Positions 56,170 to 64,000 of a stretch of DNA of 64,000 bases are shown here, piece by piece (the stretch's first letter is position 1; every line of letters starts with the position of its first letter). This DNA is from Bacteroidia bacterium (GTDB taxonomy: Bacteria > Bacteroidota > Bacteroidia > CAILMK01 > JACPUW01), in NCBI GenBank assembly GCA_049115495.1, contig JAGDZV010000001.1, forward strand, positions 705,907 to 769,906, written 5' to 3'. The notes beneath the pieces were generated by a model. That model had not been told where the DNA came from. It did not search any database and saw only the letters and a program-made list of their open reading frames with translations. Made by a program: the position numbers and the translations under genes.

Positions 56170-57561
56170 ATGCTACCAAGAAAAATATTTGAAAGCGACC
56201 TTCAACTAATTCATAGCAGCTTTTTTGAATCGATTCCGGCAGGCGTTGTTTTTGACCCCGACGAAAATGTTGCAAAGAATGTTGAAGGGGATTTAATATT
56301 TATAACAAACGAGGAAGAATTGGCTATGGTGGCCAAAACAGCCAAAGATATTCTGCTATTTATTATTGGAGAAGTAGAATTGGATATGACTTTGCAAGAT
56401 TTTGCAGGTATTGTTACAACTACTGAAATAAAGGTAGAAGGTTTAGTTAAAAACACTATTAATTACCTTCAGGGCAACTTTAATACTATAAGATTTGCTT
56501 TTACTTCTAGTTTAAAAAAACCGCTTTTTTATAGAATTAAAGGAGACAAATATGAGTACCCTGTATATAAACAGTTTGCTGATGAACTATTAATGAAAAT
56601 GGGATTGAATTGGGCAGTAGCAGCACCAAAATTTTTTACATATAGTAAATCAGAAACAGATAATCTTATTAACAGCCCCTGTTTTGTAGCTGGCGAACAA
56701 TATGTTTTTACAAAACAAGCTTCGGTTTTTGAAACTGACAATAATGATATTATACAAGTAAAAAAGATTAGTGATAGCCAATATGCTAGGGAGCACCTTG
56801 ACAAGGAAGCCCGCATTATTGAAGGACTTGCTCCTTTGATATCTGGTAAAAAGCTAGTAATACCTAGTATAAATGGCGTTGATGGTCATCTGCTCTTGAG
56901 TAATAACTTTCCAGCTGGTGCTGAGATGACTGATCAATTAGAAGATTTACACATTGAAGCACTCAATGAGATTTATGAAGCAAATAGATCTCTAACTAAA
57001 GTAGGAGACTTTCTTATTGAGAATAACTATTTGCAATTGATAAAGGCTTTTAAATTAATTCTAGAAGAAGACTTGCACCCGAATGGTTTGAGCAAATCTC
57101 ACCTAGAAGACATTTCAATAGACCTTATTACTCTAATTAACAGACTTGACACCAGAGAGCCAATTTACACATCAATTTTTCATGGTGCTTTTGAACCGGC
57201 CAATTGTCTTAAGAAAAACGGTAAAATTCACTTAAACAACTTTGATAATTTTGAGCAAGACATGCCTTTGTTGTTTGATGCGTTTCATTACATTTTTTAT
57301 CAACTTGAAAAGGAACCAATGCCGCTAATGGGTGAATTGGATGATATTATGAAATATCTCTTCAAAAACAAATCATTGCTAGCCCTAATTGAACAACACA
57401 ATATCAACTTTAAATTGAATTTGGCGCTCTTTCATATTCATCATATCATTCATAAAGTCGAGAGCTTTTTAAAACAGCGGTTTATAAATCCAAATGCCAA
57501 CTTCACCCTTACTTTTTACAAGCAGGCTCTAGAAAGAATGAATTCAATTAAAGTGCAGTAA
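56170..57561 (+). CDS. hypothetical protein with C-terminal phosphotransferase (APH/kinase-like) fold
   Basis: HGAFEPANCLKKNGKIHLNNFDNFEQDMPLLFDAFHY resembles the catalytic-loop/DFG-like region of aminoglycoside-phosphotransferase-like kinases. Confidence 0.4.
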   Translation: MLPRKIFESDLQLIHSSFFESIPAGVVFDPDENVAKNVEGDLIFITNEEELAMVAKTAKDILLFIIGEVELDMTLQDFAGIVTTTEIKVEGLVKNTINYLQGNFNTIRFAFTSSLKKPLFYRIKGDKYEYPVYKQFADELLMKMGLNWAVAAPKFFTYSKSETDNLINSPCFVAGEQYVFTKQASVFETDNNDIIQVKKISDSQYAREHLDKEARIIEGLAPLISGKKLVIPSINGVDGHLLLSNNFPAGAEMTDQLEDLHIEALNEIYEANRSLTKVGDFLIENNYLQLIKAFKLILEEDLHPNGLSKSHLEDISIDLITLINRLDTREPIYTSIFHGAFEPANCLKKNGKIHLNNFDNFEQDMPLLFDAFHYIFYQLEKEPMPLMGELDDIMKYLFKNKSLLALIEQHNINFKLNLALFHIHHIIHKVESFLKQRFINPNANFTLTFYKQALERMNSIKVQ

Positions 57562-57562
57562 A

Positions 57563-58531
57563 CTAGAGAATAGACTGAATTATCTCTTCAATTGATATCC
57601 CCTCAGCTTCAGCTTTGTAGTTCTTAACAACTCTGTGTCTTAACACTTCAAGTGCAATGGCTTGTACATCTTCAATATCTGGAGAGTATTTACCGTGTAT
57701 AAGCGCGTGGCATTTTGCTCCGATTGTTAAATACTGAGATGCTCTTGGACCAGCTCCCCATGAAATATATTCTGCAACCTTAGAAGGAACATTATTGCTC
57801 TCAGGCCTAGTTTTATTTACTAACTGAACTGCGTAATGCAGAACATTATCTGGAACTGGAACTCTTCTTACTAGTTTTTGAAAATAAATGATCTCTTCTG
57901 CGGTGAGTACTGGCTCTAGTGCCACATCAATACCTGATGTGGTACGTTTTACAATTTCTATTTCTTCTTCTATAGTGGGGTAGCCTACATTAATATTCAG
58001 CATGAAACGGTCAAGCTGGGCTTCTGGCAACGGATACGTACCTTCTTGCTCAATAGGGTTTTGGGTGGCTAATACAAAGAATGGTTCTGGCAATTTATGA
58101 TGATGACCAGACACAGTTACATTCTTCTCTTGCATAGCTTCTAGCAAAGCCGCCTGAGTTTTAGGTGGGGTACGGTTTATTTCATCCGCAAGAATCACGT
58201 TAGCGAAAAGTGGACCTGGTACAAATTGAAACTGTTTTGATTCGGTTAATACTTCTGAGCCAGTAATATCAGATGGCATTAAATCTGGAGTAAACTGCAC
58301 TCTACTAAAATCCAAATGAAGGGCAGACGCAATGGTATTTACCAGTAAGGTTTTTGCTAAACCAGGAACTCCTATTAAAAGACAATGTCCCTTGCTAAGA
58401 ATACCGATTAGTGTAGACTTAACTACATCATCTTGGCCCACTATAACCTTACCAATTTCATTCTTTAATTGGTGGTACTTTTCTACGAAAGCATCAGCCG
58501 CTTCTTTATCGCTATTGAAATTTAAATTCAT
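57563..58531 (-). CDS. MoxR-like AAA+ ATPase
   Basis: Walker A (GVPGLAKT) and Walker B (LADEINR), with MoxR-family size and layout. Confidence 0.75.
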   Translation of the reverse strand: MNLNFNSDKEAADAFVEKYHQLKNEIGKVIVGQDDVVKSTLIGILSKGHCLLIGVPGLAKTLLVNTIASALHLDFSRVQFTPDLMPSDITGSEVLTESKQFQFVPGPLFANVILADEINRTPPKTQAALLEAMQEKNVTVSGHHHKLPEPFFVLATQNPIEQEGTYPLPEAQLDRFMLNINVGYPTIEEEIEIVKRTTSGIDVALEPVLTAEEIIYFQKLVRRVPVPDNVLHYAVQLVNKTRPESNNVPSKVAEYISWGAGPRASQYLTIGAKCHALIHGKYSPDIEDVQAIALEVLRHRVVKNYKAEAEGISIEEIIQSIL

Positions 58532-58532
58532 T

Positions 58533-59885
58533 TTACAATCTTTGGTTTTCGGCGATCAGTCTCTTTACCTGTTCGCAATTTCTATGACCTTCAGAAATAC
58601 TTATATACATTGAAGGGGCCTTTTGCCAAGTCCAATTTGCAATAAAACTCTCGCTTTTCGCTTGTTTAGCCATGTCTGAAATAAAGGCATAGTCTTGCTG
58701 AAGATTTGCTTTATGCTCTTGGGTTTTTCCTTTTAAATAAATTATCCGATATCCTTCTTTATTTTCAGGCGTTTTAAACCCCATAGGGCCAGTGATTGTA
58801 CCTACACTTAAGGTATCAAGAATCAAACTTAAATCGAGCCCGGCGGCTTCTTCAGTAATTTTGGTTGAGCCAGTATTTGGGTCAAACAACATTCCACCTG
58901 AGTTTTTAGTCTCTTCATCTTCAGAGTATAGGTAGGCTGCCGTTTTAAATGCTATACTATCTTTTAATACTAGTTTTCTAACACTATCAAGTTGGTTTCT
59001 AACAATTTTTCTATTTAACGGACGTGGTTTTGGTGAGATTAGTATGTGCTTCAGTTTTATTCTATCTCCTTTTCTGTCAATCATTTTAATTATATGAAAT
59101 CCAAATTGTGTTTCAACTGGTCCTGAAATGGAGTCTTTTTTTAATTTGAAAGCCGCCGCAGAAAACTCAGGCACATATGAATTTCTTGAAGCCCAGCCTA
59201 AATCTCCTCCTCTAGCCTTTGAACCTGGGTCTTCAGAATACAAGGTTGCTGCAATTGACCATTCAATGCTTCCTTCCATTATTTGCCTTCTCAATCTATT
59301 TAGTTTTCGCTTTACCCTTTTTTCTTCAATTTCTGAAACGGGAGTATTCATTGACACCTGACCAACCTCATATTGGGTATTGATTACTGGAACACTATCG
59401 GCAGGAATATCTCTGTAAAACTTTTTCACTTCGTTTGGCGAAACCTCCACATTGGCTAAAAGGTTAGATTTCATTCTATTCACCAACATTTGCTCTTCCA
59501 TGGTTCGCCTAAGTTTCGCTCTTATATCTTCAATTGACTCATTAAAGTAATTTTCAATTGCTTTTTGACTACCAAATTGACTTACGAAAAACGCCATTCG
59601 CTGTTCCATTTGCATATCAACTTCTTCTGCAGCTATGGCAATACTATCGCGCCCAGCTTGTACCACTAGCATTTTCTCTTGAAGCATTCTAAAGAACAAA
59701 TCGCACTTGGCTTCTTCAGAATCAACACCTTTTGCGAGCAATTCTTCTCTATACCTATACTCTAAGTCTGACATTAAAAGATACTCATCACCAACTTTAG
59801 CAATCGTTTTATCTAGCGTAACATCGGTAAAGGCCATAATGCCTCCTAAACCAACGATTAACAGTAATATGTAACTAACTTTCAT
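58533..59885 (-). CDS. SurA-like peptidyl-prolyl cis-trans isomerase (parvulin domains)
   Basis: Signal peptide, a SurA N-terminal-like chaperone region, and two parvulin-like blocks (FGFHIIKM). It lies in the typical Bacteroidetes PPIase-PPIase-MoxR arrangement. Confidence 0.6.
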   Translation of the reverse strand: MKVSYILLLIVGLGGIMAFTDVTLDKTIAKVGDEYLLMSDLEYRYREELLAKGVDSEEAKCDLFFRMLQEKMLVVQAGRDSIAIAAEEVDMQMEQRMAFFVSQFGSQKAIENYFNESIEDIRAKLRRTMEEQMLVNRMKSNLLANVEVSPNEVKKFYRDIPADSVPVINTQYEVGQVSMNTPVSEIEEKRVKRKLNRLRRQIMEGSIEWSIAATLYSEDPGSKARGGDLGWASRNSYVPEFSAAAFKLKKDSISGPVETQFGFHIIKMIDRKGDRIKLKHILISPKPRPLNRKIVRNQLDSVRKLVLKDSIAFKTAAYLYSEDEETKNSGGMLFDPNTGSTKITEEAAGLDLSLILDTLSVGTITGPMGFKTPENKEGYRIIYLKGKTQEHKANLQQDYAFISDMAKQAKSESFIANWTWQKAPSMYISISEGHRNCEQVKRLIAENQRL

Positions 59886-59891
59886 TTTTAA

Positions 59892-60737
59892 TTATTCGTA
59901 TACTTCAAATTGTCCTTTTCGTTCGGCTTCGTTAAAAACATCACCTTCCATCTTCATCAAAAAGTCAACCTTTTTTTTGTTTTTAATAATGCTTCTAATA
60001 GTGCCACGCGACATTTGTAAGGGTTTAAACTCTCCTGGTTCTCTTAGATCATAAATAAACAGAGCTGCTCCTCTCAAACTATCGTTGTAAATCAGTGGCT
60101 GTTCACTTTTTGTGATTTCAAAAGAAGTAGGCAGCAAAGCCTCACCCATAAGATCATCCAGAAAAAACCACTTATTATTATCTAAGTTGAACTTAACTCC
60201 ATATCTAAGGCAATATTTCTGCAGCGAGTCAGTATTTTCTGGTGAAAGGTCTTTTAGCCAAAAAATGGCTTGCTCTTGATTGGGAATGTCAGGTGTGAAA
60301 ACCAAGTATGTAGATTTACAAATTCTACGCTTTAGAATGAAACTTTCGTTGAATTGGTTGTAATAGTCAGTTATTTCATTTGAGGTAACAGTAGTATCAA
60401 GCTTTTGGTTGATCAAACCATTTTCGTATTCATACCTAATCAATGAACGATAATACAGGTCTAACTCTTCCTTTTTATCTTTTAAACTATCACTTAAATT
60501 GTTGAGCGCATTTTGAAAAAGCACTTCATCTCTCACCCATTTTTCAATATAGTTCTGTCTTAGTTTTAAACTATCCTCCGGCGTTTGAGCCGCACTAAAA
60601 ATGTCAGTAAAGTCTTCTTCATAAAGAACCTTATCCCCAACCTTAGCAACTTGAATCTTGCTATTTTTATTGCCCTGAAAAAGCTCACATCCACTTAAGA
60701 CAAAGAGCGGGATGATTATGAAGAATAGATTTTTCAA
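59892..60737 (-). CDS. hypothetical lipoprotein
   Basis: Lipobox (VLSGC). It is located between the two PPIase genes. Confidence 0.45.
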   Translation of the reverse strand: MKNLFFIIIPLFVLSGCELFQGNKNSKIQVAKVGDKVLYEEDFTDIFSAAQTPEDSLKLRQNYIEKWVRDEVLFQNALNNLSDSLKDKKEELDLYYRSLIRYEYENGLINQKLDTTVTSNEITDYYNQFNESFILKRRICKSTYLVFTPDIPNQEQAIFWLKDLSPENTDSLQKYCLRYGVKFNLDNNKWFFLDDLMGEALLPTSFEITKSEQPLIYNDSLRGAALFIYDLREPGEFKPLQMSRGTIRSIIKNKKKVDFLMKMEGDVFNEAERKGQFEVYE

Positions 60738-60743
60738 ATAACC

Positions 60744-62735
60744 CTATTCTTTAATCAAACTGTCAACTAACTGCTGATTTACTTCAACATCATATTTCTT
60801 CATTAAGCCACTAATCCAGTTCTGTTCAAGAAAGCTTTGATAATCAGCAATTACCAACCCTTTAATCTCATTTAGCTTTTTATATTCTGAAGCCCGTATT
60901 TCGTTTATTTTCACCAATGTGTAACGCCCTTTAAAGTCCTCAATAGCATGGTAACCTTCGCTCCATTCAACCATGTCAACAACTTCTTTATCTCCTTTTT
61001 CAATTAGATCTTTTGTATAGCTAAAGGTCATTGAGTTATCTTCATTCATGGCTTTATACAAATCGTTAAGATTTGCATTATCATTAGAGAGTTTCGATTT
61101 TATTTCATCAGCTACGGATTTATCGTTGCAATAAAACACCAAAACATCCGCTCGCTCGCCCCAAACATAATCATCTCTATTTTGGCTAAAGAACTCACGC
61201 TGTCCTACAGTGTCTTTCATGGCCTTGGTCCAAACTTCATCGTCAGTAATTTCAAAAAGAAGAATTCCTTCATAGTACTCTCTTACAATGTTCTTAAACT
61301 CAGAATATTTTATTTCAAGACGGCTATCTTCATAATCAAACACGGTTTCTTCAACAAATTGGCCGTACATGTAATCCATGGCATATTCAGCGTTTTGAAA
61401 TTGACCTTTGGTTTGGTTAGTTAACAACCAATTGGCAAAATCAGCTTGAAGTACTTTTTGCTTACCAATTAAAAACATTTTCTTTTTATACTTCTCCTTA
61501 TCACTTTTAACCCATGTGCCCTTCAAAATCAACGAATCGTAATCATTCTTAAAGTCATTAATAGACTTACTGTATTCTTTAAAGTTGTTTTCGGTTTTTA
61601 TCCTATTTAAAGCGGCTTTTGTACTTCTTTGAGACCTTGTATCCCTTTCTACTTTCTTTTTAAGCACTTCTTTCATTTCATCATAACCCTTGAGAGACTC
61701 AAGGCTAAGACGTTTTACAATATGCCAACCGTATTCAGTTTCAAATGGCTTACTAAAATCCTCATTATTTTCAAGAGCGTAAGCTTGGTCTATTATACCC
61801 ATTGGCAACCAAGAAGAAAGTCGGTTGAATGGTCTTAACCTACCACCTTGAGATGCGCTAGAAAAGTGTTGCGATTCTGTACGTGCCAAATTTTCAAATT
61901 TCTCTCCCTTTTGCAACCTTAAATAAATGCTATCAATTTTCCCTTTGGCTATTTTTTCGCCTTCAGCTCCATCTAAATCTGTTCTTATCATAATGTGAGA
62001 GGCCGTCATTTCACCCAAGTAAGGTCTTTTATCAGTAACCATAATTACATGGTATCCAAACCTTGTTCTTACTGGACCTACCGCTGAATTCATTTCTGAT
62101 GTATAACAGGCTGATTCAAATGGGTAAATCATATTAAAGGCTGTAAAAAAGCCTAGGTCTCCGCCTCTTTGCTCTAATGTAACATCTTTGGTGTATTGTG
62201 AATATTCTTTTGCTACTTCGGCAAAATCGGCACCTGCCTTTACCTTGTTTAGCGCTTCAACTGCTAATGTATAAGCTTTAAGTGTATCTTTTGGATAGGC
62301 ATCCTCAGCAACATCAATTAAAATATGACTAGCCCTTAATTCAAACTGCATTCTCTCATATGCTTCTTCAACAAGCTTCTCAGAAACTTCTTTATCCTTT
62401 AAGTAGGGCTGTGCCAGTTGATTTCTGTACGTATTGAATTCTTTGATAAACTTATCAGTTGTATCAAGTCCCAATGATTTGGCTTCTTGTACCTTTAGTT
62501 TAAACTTAATATAAAGGTCTAAGTATTCGTCAAGACTTTCTTTGGTATAGAGTTTTTCATCCTTTGCTATTGAGTTATTTTTCTCATATATATATTTAAA
62601 CTCTTCAAGCGAAACAGAACTTCCGTTAACTGTAAAAACAATGTCTTCTGGTATTTGAGCATTCACAATCAATGCAAACACTGCTGCAACAAACAAAAAC
62701 AAGCTTTTCTTAAGCATTCTAAGCAAAATTTTCAA
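60744..62735 (-). CDS. peptidyl-prolyl cis-trans isomerase (SurA/PpiD-like, parvulin)
   Basis: Parvulin motifs (ASHILI..., GDLGFFT..., FGYHVIMV; second domain YGWHIVKR). Confidence 0.65.
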   Translation of the reverse strand: MKILLRMLKKSLFLFVAAVFALIVNAQIPEDIVFTVNGSSVSLEEFKYIYEKNNSIAKDEKLYTKESLDEYLDLYIKFKLKVQEAKSLGLDTTDKFIKEFNTYRNQLAQPYLKDKEVSEKLVEEAYERMQFELRASHILIDVAEDAYPKDTLKAYTLAVEALNKVKAGADFAEVAKEYSQYTKDVTLEQRGGDLGFFTAFNMIYPFESACYTSEMNSAVGPVRTRFGYHVIMVTDKRPYLGEMTASHIMIRTDLDGAEGEKIAKGKIDSIYLRLQKGEKFENLARTESQHFSSASQGGRLRPFNRLSSWLPMGIIDQAYALENNEDFSKPFETEYGWHIVKRLSLESLKGYDEMKEVLKKKVERDTRSQRSTKAALNRIKTENNFKEYSKSINDFKNDYDSLILKGTWVKSDKEKYKKKMFLIGKQKVLQADFANWLLTNQTKGQFQNAEYAMDYMYGQFVEETVFDYEDSRLEIKYSEFKNIVREYYEGILLFEITDDEVWTKAMKDTVGQREFFSQNRDDYVWGERADVLVFYCNDKSVADEIKSKLSNDNANLNDLYKAMNEDNSMTFSYTKDLIEKGDKEVVDMVEWSEGYHAIEDFKGRYTLVKINEIRASEYKKLNEIKGLVIADYQSFLEQNWISGLMKKYDVEVNQQLVDSLIKE

Positions 62736-62797
62736 TAGCTGGCAAAAGTATAACTATGCTCCTACAATTGTGAATAGATTATTGTGGTTTAACCTTA

Positions 62798-63478
62798 TTA
62801 CACATTAATACTATAAAAGGCGCCTTGCTTAGACAATTCGAGATGCACTACTCCCATTCCTACAAGCTTAACCAACACATTGCCCACTTTTCTAAAGTTG
62901 ATTTTTAATGCTTTGGAGATCTGCCTTTGGGTTAGCCTCTCACTTTCTTTTAGATACTTGATTACTCGTTCATCAACCCCGTGATATTCTAGTTTAATAT
63001 CTTTCTTATGAAAATTATTTCTTTCTACCTGAAGCCATACCCAATTGGCTAAAACATTTGAGTCGTCTCTTCTAACAAAAGCCGTCCATTTTTTTTCTTC
63101 ATCAAGGCATAAATAGGGTTTACTCTTTCCCTCATCAATTTGCATACAAAGTATTGACCTGCCATCAATTTTGTGTTCGCTAATGTTAAAGTCCATTTGT
63201 GGTTTGCACTTATCAATTGCAGCTTCTAACATATACACTTCTTCTTGTATATTAATTTTTGCCGGTTTTCCATTATCCTTTACACCAACTAGAAGCACTC
63301 CACCCTTATGATTGGCAAAAGAAACAATGGCTTTAGCAATCTTGGAAATACTAGTTATGCTATGCTTAAAGTCAACTTTCTCACCTTCACCAGCTTCTAG
63401 CCACCTGTAAATATCTTGAGTATCAATAGAAAACAAAATATGAATTTTATTTGATGCCAAGGTAGCATATATGAGCAC
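62798..63478 (-). CDS. AlbA_2 (Schlafen-like divergent AAA) domain + C-terminal HTH putative regulator
   Basis: EGEKVDFKHSI...AIVSFANHKGGVLLVGVKDNGK matches the AlbA_2 signature. The C-terminus has an HTH-like segment (LTQRQISKALKINFRKVGNVLVKL). Confidence 0.55.
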   Translation of the reverse strand: MLIYATLASNKIHILFSIDTQDIYRWLEAGEGEKVDFKHSITSISKIAKAIVSFANHKGGVLLVGVKDNGKPAKINIQEEVYMLEAAIDKCKPQMDFNISEHKIDGRSILCMQIDEGKSKPYLCLDEEKKWTAFVRRDDSNVLANWVWLQVERNNFHKKDIKLEYHGVDERVIKYLKESERLTQRQISKALKINFRKVGNVLVKLVGMGVVHLELSKQGAFYSINV

Positions 63479-63506
63479 TAAAATTATATTTTTGTGCGCT
63501 CAAAAT

Positions 63507-63581
63507 GGTGATCGTAGCTCAGTTGGTTAGAGCGCCGGGTTGTGGTTCCGGAGGTCGTCGGTTCGATCCCGATCGTTCACC
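63507..63581 (+). tRNA. tRNA-His (anticodon GUG) with G-1
   Basis: G-GTGATCG-TA-GCTCAGTTGGTTAGAGC-G-CCGGG-UUGUGGU-TCCGG-AGGTC-GTCGG-TTCGATC-CCGAT-CGTTCAC-C. G-1 pairs with C73, as expected for His. Confidence 0.8.
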
Positions 63582-63586
63582 CTTTA

Positions 63587-63620
63587 AAAGAGCTGTCTAA
63601 CAAGACAGCTCTTTTTATTT
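63587..63620 (+). terminator. rho-independent terminator after tRNA-His
   Basis: AAAGAGCTGTCT-AACA-AGACAGCTCTTT followed by TTATTTTC. Confidence 0.6.
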
Positions 63621-63778
63621 TCAAGTTATGGGTATTTCAACTAGCTAATTGATATTCTCAAGTTGAAAATCAATTTTAGATAGCTTTTTGTGATTGCAAA
63701 GGAGTTAATAAGCTTAAAACCAGACGATAATTTTTGTTTAACAGCCATTTTTCTCAAGTTATGCCCTATAGCCATTAA

Positions 63779-64000
63779 TTATAGCTCCTTTCTCACTTTA
63801 TTCTTGCCAAAGAAGGTAAACCTGGTAAGGTTGTTGTTAGATTTTAGTTGCCCAAAGACTGCTTCTGTCTCTATGCATCTCTTTTTTCTGTGTTTAACCC
63901 CTTGAGCGCTCATTAATAGCTCTTTAGCTTCTTCTCTTAGCTCGTTTAACCTGTGATTTTCTTGTATTATTCTTTTCGGCTTTACTGTTATGGCACATTG
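63779..64000 (-). mobile_element. 3' end of an IS1182/IS5-like DDE transposase gene (truncated by window edge)
   Basis: The minus-strand frame reads ...KRCIETEAVFGQLKSNNNLTRFTFFGKNKVRKEL*. This matches the conserved C-terminal block of IS1182-family transposases (R..E..FG.lK.n.g..RF..rG..kV..E). It is open to the window end. Confidence 0.5.

Overview
This 64-kb window looks like a chromosomal segment from a Bacteroidetes genome, probably Flavobacteriia or Cytophagia. The evidence is three proteins with T9SS C-terminal sorting domains, an ECF-sigma/FecR/STN-TonB receptor cassette, an ExbB-ExbD-ExbD-ExbD cluster, tandem SurA-like PPIases with a MoxR ATPase, and an AT-rich composition. Genes are densely packed and mostly on the minus strand. 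Housekeeping content includes recO, rlmD/rumA, rtcB, rlpA, a ferredoxin/FNR pair, tatD, a polyprenyl synthase, a eukaryote-type GT3 glycogen synthase, an ABC transporter and a BlaI/BlaR1-M23 pair. Three tRNAs are callable: Lys-UUU, Ser-GGA and His-GUG. Six features stand out. (1) A 2.7-kb, almost gene-free, tRNA-Lys-linked stretch at 31.0-33.7 kb holds degenerate tRNA fragments, direct repeats of a tRNA 3' end, and a hairpin family with compensatory stem changes, and carries a single SPFH gene. (2) Next to it is a single ORF fusing a complete HTH-WYL-WCX regulator to a PhyH-type Fe(II)/2OG dioxygenase, facing a 2198-aa modular T9SS beta-helix protein. (3) A tight minus-strand operon runs transglutaminase-7TM, RimK-like ATP-grasp, a 54-aa peptide coupled by an overlapping ATGA, then an OM beta-barrel. 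(4) A RAYT (REP-associated IS200-like Y1 transposase) is split by an in-frame TAA. (5) Several intergenic repeat families occur: a three-copy ~70-90 bp palindromic promoter/operator element in front of three unrelated minus-strand genes including an XRE-regulator operon, a duplicated ~110-bp upstream module, and AT-rich GGTTTAAAG palindromes. (6) An IS1182-like transposase fragment lies immediately after tRNA-His at the right edge. No CRISPR array or rRNA was seen. All calls come from reading motifs in the translated ORFs and the DNA by eye; no searches were run.
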